From the NCBI RefSeq assembly GCF_006345805.1, contig NC_043003.1:56172001-56236000 (forward strand): DNA of 64,000 nucleotides, given 5' to 3'. Positions within the stretch are counted from its first letter, which is position 1, and the number at the start of each line of letters is the position of its first letter. The notes beneath the pieces were generated by a model, which did not search any database, was not told the origin of the DNA, and saw nothing but the letters and a program-made list of their open reading frames with translations. Made by a program: the position numbers and the translations under genes. Below are positions 13,251 to 24,895 of the stretch, one piece after another. The stretch comes from Octopus sinensis. Its lineage: Eukaryota.

Positions 13251-14413
13251 GCTTCATGACGTCATATCCACATCACCATGGCTGCTCCTAAAATAATAAA
13301 CCTTTCGACATAAGGTTCCTTTTATAAAATTCGATAACGAAGAAGGTGTAATTTCTTAACTTTTACGCTCTCTTCAGTTCAACAGGGTCGTCATTTTGCG
13401 CTTCTCTCTCGATCCTTTTAACGTTGGTGCATCATGACAAATAACATCCAGTTATGATATATTCTACCTGGTGATGGTTCTGTATTATTCTTACTATTAT
13501 CAATAGATTTTAATACTGAATATTAATTCTGTCTAAATTGTGCCGGAGTGTTGGCGGCTCTGGTTAGGGTAGTACCCTTTTGTGTCAACCATACTACTCC
13601 CCTCCTGGCAGGGTGGACGAAACTGTGTGGTTCTCACGTATCTTCTAAACCTCTCATATGCTGGTTTCGAATGTCACGCACAAAAACTCCCCCACACCTG
13701 GTTGGCTAAAGCACACGAGAGGGTGATGTCGATGTTTAGAACGGGTGCAGAAGCTGCGTCAACGAACAACTCTGAAGGCGAAGGAGTTTCAATAAAACTG
13801 ACGACCAGGCATTCGTGACTGTAAGTGAGCCACACTATATTTCGTGCACCTCGGCAATCTGTCAACAGAAACAGTTCCACTTACTCACTTATTCGCAAAT
13901 GCTCGTCGTTGGGCTTCAGATAAGTACCCTGTCCTTGTCACAACTTGAAGCTTCGAAAATAATTTAAATTCCAAAATCTTTGCAGCCTTCAGGAAAACGG
14001 AAACCTCAGGAGAAGGAGCAGAGGGGACATCCCTTTGAACAGGCACCGGACGATGGACAAGGATCTGCAACTACGATGGAATGATGCAAGGAGAGTGGCT
14101 AAACACCGATCCTGTGGGAGTACCTTAACTACGCCATACGTAGGGGCTGCTTAATTTTACCTAAATTACTGTGACAAATGTGTCAAATATTTCGGAGAAA
14201 AACTGAACTAAAAACTTTAAGTAATTTTCCATAAATAAAAGAAAGGGGAAATTTGTCTTCGTTTGTAGCCTGCACGTAATTTTCGTTTTATTATTTAAAA
14301 TGTCAGGAAGCTTCACATGGAGAAGTGTAAGGCAGTTTTAGTAGTCGTTATAGTCGTCTGCTGCCTTGAAAATTTTGCCCTTCAAACGGCAAAAGTGACT
14401 TTTCTGAGATATA

Positions 14414-14461
<48 letters not shown>

Positions 14462-15133
14462 AGCATAAACATTGCCAGTACAAGTAATGTTACGTACAAC
14501 ACTGTAGTGGCGTAGAAAACAGCATTGTTATATAGAGCATTAAAAATAAAATAAGACGACCAACACAAAACACACCAACAAGGAGAGCAGCATTAAAAAA
14601 GAAAAGAAAATTGTTGCTACGAGAATGAAGTAAAAATAAAAATAACGGAAAAGAAAGTGAAAAATTTCAAATGTTAACAACGAAAAAGCCAGCAAAAGAG
14701 TCGAATGTGAAGCCGAACAAAACAAATATTTTCAACATCAACAACAGAATAAAAAAAAAAGCAACACCAGTAGCAGTGCCGTTAACTTCTGGAATAAAGA
14801 CAAAAACAAGAGCAACAAAAATAACTGACGCTCCAGTAATAATTTGAAAAGGACGTCCGTTTGCAATAACTACCATTGCATTCTCTAAACACATTCTTCT
14901 TAAAACTGAAGTTATTAGGCATGTGAAACCGTATATAGCTAGCGTGTTTGCAGCTAGCGTGTTTTTCAGCTGGCGTGTGTTATGGGTAGCGTGTATCCAG
15001 AGTTGAATAATTCACTGTAAAGTAATTCATCAATATGAAACCCTGGACATTAGTGTCTGGGTTCTTAGGAATCCTGGGGTAGATTACCCGGTTTCCATGG
15101 CGTAAAATTGATCGACACCTCAGCGTTTCTCCT

Positions 15134-15190
15134 GAAAAGAGAGCCAACCCATACACTTTCCTGCGAAGTGTATGGGTTGGTTCTCTTTTC
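15134..15190. other. Near-perfect 25-bp hairpin with 7-nt loop
   Basis: gaaaagagagccaacccatacactt-tcctgcg-aagtgtatgggttggttctcttttc; the single non-Watson-Crick pair is G:T (G:U on the + transcript). Confidence 0.95.
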
Positions 15191-15479
15191 TATGTGAAAT
15201 GGAACATGGCCAACATTATGATCAACGTTTCATTTGTTTCAGTTATTACAAAATGGCCATACAGGAGCACACCTTGACAACGATTAGTCGAATAAATTGA
15301 TTCGTTTACAACTAAGTGGACTTGAAAAACCTGATATGAAGTGTTTTCTCAGGATGCAACAGACCGCCTGGTCTGAGTATTGATACAGCGAATTTTCTGA
15401 GATGGGTGCAACACGCTAGTCATTAACGCATGTGTTTTCACTCTTGAGCACGGTCACCGACAACATGTTCTGTTTTCGT

Positions 15480-15850
15480 TTTCTTTTCTACTTCTTTCAG
15501 TCATTTGATTGCGGTCACTCACGAGCACTGTTTTGACAGGTTTTAGTCGAGCAAATCGACCCCAGGACTTATTTTTTGTAAGCCTGGCACTTATTCTATC
15601 GGTCTCTTATGCCGAACACAGCAACACCGGTTGTCAAGCGATGTTGGCGAGACAAACACAGACGCACAAACATATACACACATACATATATATATATACA
15701 CATATATATGACGGACTTCTTTCAGTTTCCGTCTACCAAATCCACTCACAAAGCTTTGGTCGGGCCGACGCTATAGTAGAAGACACTTGCCCAAGGTGCC
15801 ACGCAGTGAGACTGAACCCGGAGCTATGTGGTTGGTAAGCAAGCTACTTT
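15480..15850 (-). mobile_element. Near full-length composite SINE (tRNA head - CORE-like - microsatellite - 3' module with LINE-like tail)
   Basis: Minus strand has B-box-like ggttcagtc, CORE-like caccttgggcaagtgtcttctactatag, (TG/TA)n, then gatagaataagt...ctggggtcgatttgctcgact and tail. Confidence 0.85.
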
Positions 15851-16193
15851 ATTTCATATAAATTTGCCATAAAGGCATTACAAAGAGTAGCTGCGGTATG
15901 GACATATACATTGTTGAGGTGAATGATGAAATAGGGATGACAATGATGAGAGAAGGCAAAAACGCCCGCCGATTTTCTTCTTCTCTAAAACATTCTTCCT
16001 CTTTTTTAAAACAAAATAAACAAAGCGAGGTATTGAACTTCTCACAATAGTTTTTACAGTTTTTGGGGACTTAATAGTCCATTACAAATATTAAAATGCA
16101 AAAAATATTCAATATACAATCAACACTAGTTCATTTACAAATGAGGGCCTGAGACTCTTACACATTATAACACTGAGGCTTCTCAACTTCTTA

Positions 16194-17458
16194 TCAATTT
16201 TCCACATCATAATCGCTTGTGTCCGTGTACTCCGCCATAACACATGCTTCGTTTAAAATCACGGTGGGGTCCGATTTGGCGTTACCTGGCCACGAGCGAT
16301 ATTCCTCTTTTAGTCCATCCAGCCTCATAAACGGGAGCAACGTTATGACCTCCACAGCTATCTGCGGAGGCCATTCGGGGTACTTTGTGAAGACCAAAGG
16401 TATTCTCCCGTAGTGTTCTTTCACTATCTTTTCCACCTCTCCGCCTCTATAAAAGAAGACCAACAGTCTTTCGTCCATCGGGTCCGGGTGGGTCAATTTT
16501 ACCGTTGGCGGCACAATTCCCTCCAATGGGGTTCCCCCTTCCGGTGGCACAACTGACGAGGCTTCATGACACCCCGGCGTCATTTCTCCGACTGCCGTCA
16601 ATGTCCCGTTTCACCTCCGCTTCCTCTTTTTTCATCTCGACTGGAGGAGGGTGCGTCTTCTCCGTGACATGGAGATTCGCCTCCCATCGCTCATCTCCAG
16701 GATCCTTCGGTGAGCACCCATTATTGCTCTCGTTCTTTCTTTTGCGTCTCTTCTTTGAGGAGTCCTCCGTCTCTTCGGCCACTTTCATTCCCTCCTCTAT
16801 TGAGGTCTCCGTCAACTGCTCCGGGACTTTGCTTTTCCCTTGAAAACAGTTCTTTTTTATATGGCCAGGCTTCAAGCACCGATGACACTTGGAGGGGCGT
16901 CCCTCAAGAATCACCGGATACTTAGACCCAGCCATTCTCAAAAATTCAGGAAATACCAGACTTTCGGCTCACTGGGTCCATTGAGTCAAAATAGCTTTTG
17001 ACCCATCCCAGTTAGCCGCAGGCAGAATATTTACGCTAAGAAGCTTGGTGCTACTGCCACCCAGACCCCGGCGGATAGTATCTTCTATCCACTGGGGCTC
17101 AACTCCGGGTGGCAAGTCGCAAACCCAAGCCCTCGTCAAACTCTTCCCACAATAAGTAGGAAGAAACACAATTTCATTACCCTCCAGGGGCTGACTTCCA
17201 AATACACGGGCCACTTCTGGAGAGTCAAACAGCAACAACACGGTTGCGTATTTGCCCCCCTCCCCCCCGAGTGATAAACTTAATCGCTGGCTTAAATTCT
17301 GCCAGCTCTCTTTCGATTATATCCTTTCTGAAAACTGCAATGGCGTCGAGGGTCCTAGAGTAGGTTCTCAAAACCACCGTCTTACTTTCAAGTTCTTTTA
17401 ACCATTTTTTGGGTGGTGTAATTTTCCACTCCAACAACTTTTCATTGTTATTTCCCAT
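16194..17458 (-). mobile_element. Frameshifted gag/ORF1-like reading frame (~420 aa) with one CCHC zinc knuckle, probably L1/Tx1-type ORF1; no ORF2 downstream
   Basis: Four consecutive minus-strand ORF pieces (17458-17225, 17241-16969, 16941-16564, 16601-16194); VILEGRPSKCHRCLKPGHIKKNC = CX2CX4HX4C; homologous to 39430-40030. Confidence 0.8.
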
Positions 17459-18075
17459 GTTTTTTTTTTAAAGAGTCCAAAAATACAGTTCTTAAAATAT
17501 AAAATAATTAAAGAATTAGAAGGAAGAGGAAAAAAAGTTCAAACAAAAGGAAGGAGAGAGAAAAAAAACTAACAGTTCAATAAAGTTATTTTTTAAATCA
17601 AAGATAGAAGAAGAGAGAGCAACAGTTCAAACCACAACAAAGACCACTTGGTACTCCAGGCCAAAATTTTAACACAATTGTAAAACAGCTAAAAAATCAT
17701 TCCAATTTTCTTCTCCTTAACAGGAACAACACTATTTTCAAACAAAAACTGTTTGGCAGGATACGCCCACCAAACTAATAATTTTCACAATTAAATGAAT
17801 AATATTTTCACTCAGCCTCAGGCAGACTAGAATCTAGTGAGGATTTTTTGTTTGTAAAAATAATTTGCAACATACAACAGGCCCTCACTAGACGAAAGGA
17901 AGTCTTACCTTACAGCTGAGTTTCATAAGTCTTCAATTTAAGACGGTTTGAAAAGCGCGTCTTACTGCTTCAGTGTCAAACACAACTCTGACTCGCACAT
18001 GCGCAATGAGGTAAGCAAGCTACTTCACACACAGCCACTCCTGCGCCTATTTAAAGACTTTATATCTATTATCAT

Positions 18076-18400
18076 AAATTTGAGATTTTACCAACAGAAC
18101 CCCAAATTCCATTTCAGGATTACCTTATTGTATGGAATACACACAGACAATTATATCCAATAAATTACTATAAGCAGTTAAAAAACCTACTATAAAATAC
18201 AATAAACTATATTATACAAAATTATATTTGAAAATATATATAATTTACCAGTTATTAGTCTGTGGGGAAACAAGACATTTCTAATCAACGTTAGTTGTAT
18301 TTCTGCACTGTGGGGTGTTTATCAAGGCTAAACCTAATACATAAATGCGCCAGTGCGTTCTCAGAATATTTACCTTATTGTTATTATATTAACGGATCAA
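18076..18400 (+). repeat. Left copy of a diverged ~320-bp inverted repeat (partner 19733-20051)
   Basis: aaccccaa..c.atttcaggat...atggaatacaca...aagcagttaaaaaaccta...gtctgtggg...tttctaatcaac...ttctgcact matches the reverse complement of 19733-20051. Confidence 0.85.
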
Positions 18401-18532
18401 AGTTAAAAATACATATTAAATAGAAAAATAAGAATATGAACAAAAATTTAATAAAAATATATAACTTACAAATATATTTTTTAAAATAAAAAAAAATAAT
18501 AAGCACCTAAATTACAATACTGATATATATAT

Positions 18533-18580
<48 letters not shown>

Positions 18581-18582
<2 letters not shown>

Positions 18583-19415
18583 AAAAGCAATAAAGAATCA
18601 AGTTAATTTAAATGAATTTACTTGAATATGGTACCTAACTTAGATGCACCAAAAAAAACTATACTGTTTTAACAATACAGTAATGTGGGGTGATTATAAG
18701 CGAGAAAGAAGCAACAAGAATGGATAGGTTTTTAGTACAATCGTTTCATACAAGGACAGGCTTTATTAAAAGTTGTAAAAATTACAGCATATAAACGTGA
18801 CAGCCTCTTGTAAATAGCAGTAATGTGATTAATGTGGCAAATACCTAATCATATAACAAGAATTGATACCTACCTCATTGTGTTCAACCATTGATAAATT
18901 TATCGCCTGTTGAATATGAAATTCCTCTTCATTTCTCTGGAAACTTACATCTACACCATTGGAAATTGTGCATCTATACAAAGGATTAATTCACCCTCTC
19001 TGTAATGCTAATAAGCAGGAATTGAGACCCACCTCGTTGTGATTAACAATGGATAAATTTGTCTTCTGTGAGTATGTAATCCCTCATCATATCTCTGGAA
19101 ATTCATATGTGCTCTATGGATTAGGTCACCTTCTCTGTGATGCTATTAGAACTTTTTTAAAATTCTGTGATAAGGCTGTACATCATCTTTAAAGAACTTT
19201 AATGAACTTTGGAAATCTGTTTATGTTACTTAATTATCTACATTACTTCATGAGTATAGCCTCAACCACTAGGATGTCTAGAGAACTCACATGTATTTTA
19301 GCTGATGAGTACGGGACACGTTTATATGCTGTAATTTTTACAACTTTTATAAAGCCTGTCCTTGTATGAAACGATTGTACTAAAAACCTATCCATTCTTG
19401 TTGCTTCTTTCTCGC
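18581..19415 (+). mobile_element. Non-autonomous HHR-bearing element with inverted pLTR-like ends, inserted in (TA)n
   Basis: 18700-18799 and 19317-19415 are near-identical inverted copies; (TA)n on both sides; same termini as 42399-42747; internal ~160-bp diverged duplication. Confidence 0.8.
19296..19385 (+). ncRNA. Type I hammerhead ribozyme with extended helix II
   Basis: ttttag / CTGATGA / 59-nt foldable helix II (gtacgggaca...tgtccttgtat) / GAAA C-gatt-G TA / ctaaaa; 6-bp helix I; predicted GUA cleavage after 19379. Confidence 0.75.
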
Positions 19416-19449
<34 letters not shown>

Positions 19450-19732
19450 GAGAGAGAGAGAGAGAAATTTAAACAAAAGGAAGAAAATTCTCAACGATTA
19501 TATAATAAACACATCAAATCCTACAGCCTAAGTAGTATATAAGCATTACGGGAATTAATAATTTAGTGTAAGATTTACCACCATGTATACAAGTATAAAT
19601 TATCATTTTTTATGCCAAAGGTAATTCAATAGTATTTAAAAAGATTATTTAGTAAAAACCACTCTATACGTTATAAATGTAATGAATAACAAAAGTATAA
19701 AAAACTAGTTAAAAAATTAACAAGGGAAGAAC

Positions 19733-20051
19733 ATTGACCCGTTAATAATAATAACAATAAGATAAATAGTCTTAGGACTCACTGGTGGATTTATACATTA
19801 GGTATAACCTTGATAAAAATCCTATAGTGCAGAAACATATTCAGTGTTGATTAGAAATACTTTCTTTTCCCACAGACTTATAACAGGTAAGTTATATATA
19901 TTTTCAAATAATTTATTGTATTTTAGTGTAGGTTTTTTTAACTGCTTATATTGTTATTATTTTATTGGATATATAACTTTCTATGTGTATTCCATGCAAT
20001 GACGTTATCCTGAAATACGAGTTGGGGTTCTATTGTTAAAATCCCAATTTT
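19733..20051 (-). repeat. Right copy of the diverged inverted repeat (partner 18076-18400)
   Basis: Reverse-complement match to 18076-18400. Confidence 0.85.
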
Positions 20052-20132
20052 GTAATACTATTAGAAATTATGCTGTTTACATTGCATCAGTAAAGTGTAA
20101 AATAGTTGATATCCTGATAACCTGGAATATAT

Positions 20133-20302
20133 ACGACGGGCTTCTTTTAGTTCCCGATTATCAAATCAACTCACAATTTTTGGTCGTCCCGTGTCTATAG
20201 TAGACTATAGTAAAAGACAGCCAAGGCGTCATACAGTGTGACTGAATCCGGAACCATGTTGTTGGAAAGCAAGCTTCTTACCACAGAGCCACATCTTCGC
20301 CT
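20133..20302 (-). mobile_element. tRNA-head + CORE-like SINE 5' part
   Basis: acgacgggcttcttttagtt...ggaaccatgttgttggaaagcaagcttcttaccacagagccac..cgcct. Confidence 0.8.
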
Positions 20303-20512
20303 ATGTAGAGAAAATATCAAAAAATATCGCGATATCTTTCTCCTATACTGATAGAAAAATGCCTAAAAAAGACTCAAGTCTAGAGTACTTTTTATATTAG
20401 AGATAAGAAATCTACGAATCAGAAGAAGTCTTTTTGTTTTTAGAAAGAGGCAGGAAACAAAACATATCTCCATCAACCCATACATTTTGCAGCAGATTAG
20501 CTTAAAGACGAG

Positions 20513-20750
20513 AAGGCGACGAGGTGGCAGAAACGTTAGCACGCCGGACGAAATGCTTAGCGGGATTTCGTCTGCCGTTACGTTCTGAGTTCAAATTCCG
20601 CCGAGGTCGACTTTGAATTTCATCCTTTCGGGGTCGATAAATTAAGTATCACTTATGCACTGGGCTCGATGTAATCGGCTTAATCCCTTTGTTTGTCCTT
20701 GTTTGTCCCCTCTATGTTTAGCCTCTTGTGGGCAATAACGAAATAAGATT
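20513..20750 (+). mobile_element. Full-length Meta-domain type SINE
   Basis: tRNA-like head (tggcagaaacgttagcacgcc...gagttcaaattcc), ctttcatcctttcggggtcgataaattaagta core, tail gtcccctctatgtttagcc..gaaataag. Confidence 0.9.
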
Positions 20751-20799
20751 AGCTTAAAGTTTTATATGTGAAAAGATGCATGACGAATATTATGATTTA

Positions 20800-21188
20800 C
20801 CTTTTATTTGTTTCAGTGATTACATTATGGCCATACTGGAGCACATTTTGATGACGATTAGTCGAATGAATTGATCTCAGTACTTGTTTTTGTCCTGGTA
20901 AATAGTTTATCGGATAATTTTGCCAAACTGCTACGTCACAGGGAGGGAAAACATAACCACCAGTTATCAACCGGTGGTGTGGGATAAACACGGACAGAAA
21001 GACACACATATATTGATATGCATGCCAAGGACTTCAATTAGATCCCATCCACCAAATCTATTCAAAAGAGTTTGGTAGACCCGAGGCTATGGTAGAAGTC
21101 AGTTGTCCAAGCTGACAGGTAGTGGGACTGAACCCAGAATCATGGGGTTGGGAAGCAAAGTTCTTACCACAGAGCCACTCGTGTTCCT
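20800..21188 (-). mobile_element. Diverged full-length composite SINE
   Basis: Same module order as 15480-15850. Confidence 0.75.
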
Positions 21189-22204
21189 ATAGGCCATGCG
21201 TGCATCTATAAGCGATACCCACGCCTATATTGTTAACAGATCAAAAAACTTCTACCAGTGTATTTTGATGATTGTAAAACACCATAGAAAGATAAGTAAT
21301 TATTGGACATCTTCTGATGAGACCTGCCTCGTAAATCAGTTGGAGATTAAACTGCTAATTCTTTTTACAAATTCGTAAACCGGCACCTTATTGAAGGGAT
21401 ATAAAACATGATGGAAGTATCAGCCGGCAGAAGGCCAAAAAACTTCGATTGTTTCCATACTAATTATCGCAGATCTTATTGTACCATCGAAAGGCAAAAC
21501 GACTCTGATGTCAGTGACAATTCCGCAACATTAAGATGAACAGAAAGAGGAACAAGAACATTTTTATCATCATTATTATTATTATCATCATTAAAAGCAG
21601 ATAGTCCTTCCAGAACTACAACAACTACAGCAGCAACATTAATGACAATATCTGCATCCGCAAAAATCAACAACAGAATCAACAACAACAACAACAAAGA
21701 ATTAAAACCACGATTGCCCCCTGACGCTTCTACGAAGATCAAAAGCCATTAGATTCGCTTTTGATCGTGTCTTAAGGAGAGTTATTCTTCAAAATCCGAA
21801 TGCCCTAAAGACAGTTAAGAGAAGAAATTGAATTGATGTATCTCCAAGATGATGATTAAACAGCATCAATATATACAAGAATATAAAAACAGCAACGATG
21901 ACAACAAGTACAACAACAAGAAACACAGACAAAAAAAATAATAAAACAGCATCGAATGTCAGAAGAAAGATTCGTGAAAAGACTAATCCTTTAAAAACTG
22001 ATATCAAAAGATGAAGTACGCTACACCACAAAATGAAGAGTAAAGGCTAACCTTCAATCTATTCTTTACCATTTAAACCGGTCATATCCGACCAAAATCT
22101 TCAACCAGTTTATTTTCAAACAACCAGATCCTTTCATATCTTTCCTACAAAGTCATTTCAAAACCAAAACAATTACATCATCAAATTCGTGCAGCTACAA
22201 GGTA

Positions 22205-22385
22205 CTCATTTACTCTTTTACTTATTTCAGCCATTTGACTGTGGCCATGCTAGAGCACCGTCTTTACTCGAGCAAATCGACCCCAAGACTTATTCTTTGT
22301 GAGCCTAGTACTTATTCTATCGGTCGCTTTTGCCGGTTGTCAAGCGATGTTTGCCGGTTATCGGTTGTCAAGCGATGTTGGGGGG

Positions 22386-22390
<5 letters not shown>
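22205..22390 (-). mobile_element. Composite SINE 3' half
   Basis: tttcagccatttgactgtggccatgctagagcaccg..tactcgagcaaatcgaccccaagacttattctttgtgagcctagtacttattctatcgg. Confidence 0.85.
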
Positions 22391-22445
<55 letters not shown>

Positions 22446-22446
<1 letters not shown>

Positions 22447-24720
22447 ATAAAAATATAGGGAATAATCCAAATTTACAGGGAAAAAATCTGATTTAGGATT
22501 AAATCGATTTTATAGTAAAATATTATAAAATATTATTAGAGACAAAACCACTATTTTGCAAAACAAACAAGGAAAGACTTAATCAATACATAAAATTTAA
22601 ATAAATAGTCAAAAAAACCGCCACTACAATCGTTTCTTGTCTTGATCGACAATCTTCAGGTGGACTTCCAATCTAAAAAATCAATATTTTAAAATATAAA
22701 ATAATAATTTTAAAATAAATTAAAGTATGAATGAAAAATAAAAGTATATAATCCATATATAACCTATCTATAATCCATATATAATCAATATATAAACAAT
22801 ATATAAACTAAAAAAACCTATCAACAATTAAATATAAAATATAAAATATAAAATATAAAATATAAAATATAAAATATAAAACAAAACAAAAAAATAATAA
22901 TAATATAATAATAAACTATATATACACCCATACACATATACCTAATTATATATAACCATATCTAACTACATACACTAAATCACACACCTATATATATATC
23001 CCTACATACACATAAAAATGTCTAGGCAACTATAAATAAATAAAATAGCTAAATACTTCAACACAATACTTTTTCATACTCCCAACACACCACATACAAC
23101 CCACATTCACGCTCTAGAAAACGGACATCACTCAAAACTATGAACGGAGAAATGGAATAAATGGAATAAAAATTATATTCACTTGGTAAAACGAACACTA
23201 CTTAAAAATTATGAATGAAACAATGCAATAAAACAACAGACATCGCAAATAGACACAAATTACTACGAATTCCTTATCAAACCTACCATGATAAACAAAA
23301 ACTCATAAAAACATATAATGATAAAATTTCCCTTTACTAAACTCTATAACAAACCTATATAGCAATCCCCCTAACCTAAACATTCACACACAAATACACA
23401 CACGTAAACCACACACCCACGACATATACAAATACCCACACCACTTACACATACCAATACATACATATAAACCTCAACATATACTCCAAAAACCCACTCA
23501 ACCCCACACAGACAAATAAACACAAAAATTATGAATGGATTTTTTTATAAAACTACCATGATAAGCTAAAACTCACAAAACAGAAATGATAAAACCTCCC
23601 TTTACTAAACACTAAAACATACTTATATAGCAATTCCTTTAACCTATACATTCACACACAAAACCACACGTAAACCACACACCCATAACAAATACAAACT
23701 CCCACCCCACTCACACACACCCACAAGTACATATAAGCCTCAACATATACACCAAACAAAATTACTTTACCAAGGAACTTAACATATGTATAAAAAGTAT
23801 AACCGCTCTGGAAACGAACATCTCTAAATTAATGAATGGAGAAATGGAATAAATGGAATTAAAAATAAAATTCACGTGGCAAAACGAACACCACTCAAAA
23901 ATTATGAATGAAACAATATAATAAAACAACCAACATCGAAAATAGACAAATTACTACGAATTCCCTAAAAAAAACCATGATAAACCAAAACTCTTAAAAA
24001 ACATATAACGATAAAATCTCCCTTTGCTAAACTCTATAACAAACCTATATAGTAATCCCCCTAACCTAAACATTCACACACAAACACACACACGTAAACC
24101 ACAGACCCACGACTTATACACATACCTAAACTAACTTATAAACCTCCATATACACTAAAACCCACTCCCTCCCACACAGACAAATTAACTCATACATCCC
24201 AAAACCTAAATAACAAACCCATATACACATTCACACACAAACACACACACACGCAAAACACACACACACAACAGATACATATACTCCCTCACATATACGC
24301 ATATACATACTCACTAAACTCGATATATACAACAATATTTACACACCCACACTCATACAGATAAATAAATTATACAACTAAAAACTCGCACACAATCTCA
24401 TATACATAAACACTCCTATGAAAACAACATTAAATACATCGTAATTAACCAGAATATCAAAAATAACAATATGACATAAAGGTAAATAAAATACATACTT
24501 ACAATTCAGTGTCAAATTATGAAGTGAAATTAAATTCTTAGCCGTTAAAAAAATCAAACCAAAATTACGTTACCATAGAAATAACTTATGTAAAAAAAGA
24601 CTAACAAACAACTTGCAGTAACCCAAACCCATTCTCTATGCCTACCTCACTACTACACTATTCCATTCACAATTCCAAACAACGCTAGTCCACCTCCCGG
24701 TTATTCACGTGGCAAAACGT
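22446..24720 (-). mobile_element. Non-coding Penelope-like/retrozyme-like element with a 3' HHR and internal tandem duplications, in (TA)n
   Basis: Strong A/C vs G/T strand skew; HHR at 22621-22663; 23110-23520 repeats at 23804-24190 (period 694) with a partial third copy; end shared with 10903-11130; no long ORF. Confidence 0.6.
22621..22663 (-). ncRNA. Canonical minimal type I hammerhead ribozyme
   Basis: Minus strand: ccac / CTGAAGA / ttgtc-gatcaa-gacaa / GAAA C-gatt-G TA / gtgg; all core residues present, perfect 5-bp helix II, 4-bp helix I. Confidence 0.85.
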
Positions 24721-24730
24721 ATATATATAT

Positions 24731-24895
24731 ACGACGGGCATCTTTCAGTTTCCGTTTACCGAATCCACTCACAAGGATTTGGTCGACCCGCGGCTATAGT
24801 AAAAGACACTTGCACAAGATGTCACGCAGTGGGACTGTACCCGGAACCATGTGGTTCATAAAAAAGTTACTTACCACATAGCCACTCCTACGCCT
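24731..24895 (-). mobile_element. tRNA-head + CORE-like SINE 5' part
   Basis: Minus strand aggcgtaggagtggctatgtggtaag (A-box-like)...gggtacagtccc (B-box-like)...tcttgtgcaagtgtcttttactatag. Confidence 0.85.

Noticed and set aside
13560-14130. GC-richer block, possibly an L1/Tx1 ORF2 C-terminal remnant (minus-strand SCALANQVWGSF resembles C..A.QVW)
   Set aside because: One weak motif, with conflicting strand interpretations; it cannot be classified without a profile search.
16142-17887. 10-bp inverted match (tgagggcctg / caggccctca) flanking the ORF1-only element as possible terminal inverted repeats
   Set aside because: It does not extend in either direction and no target-site duplication is visible; compatible with chance.
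21314-21345. CTGATGA followed by a small hairpin (hammerhead candidate)
   Set aside because: No GAAA after helix II and no helix I/III closure.
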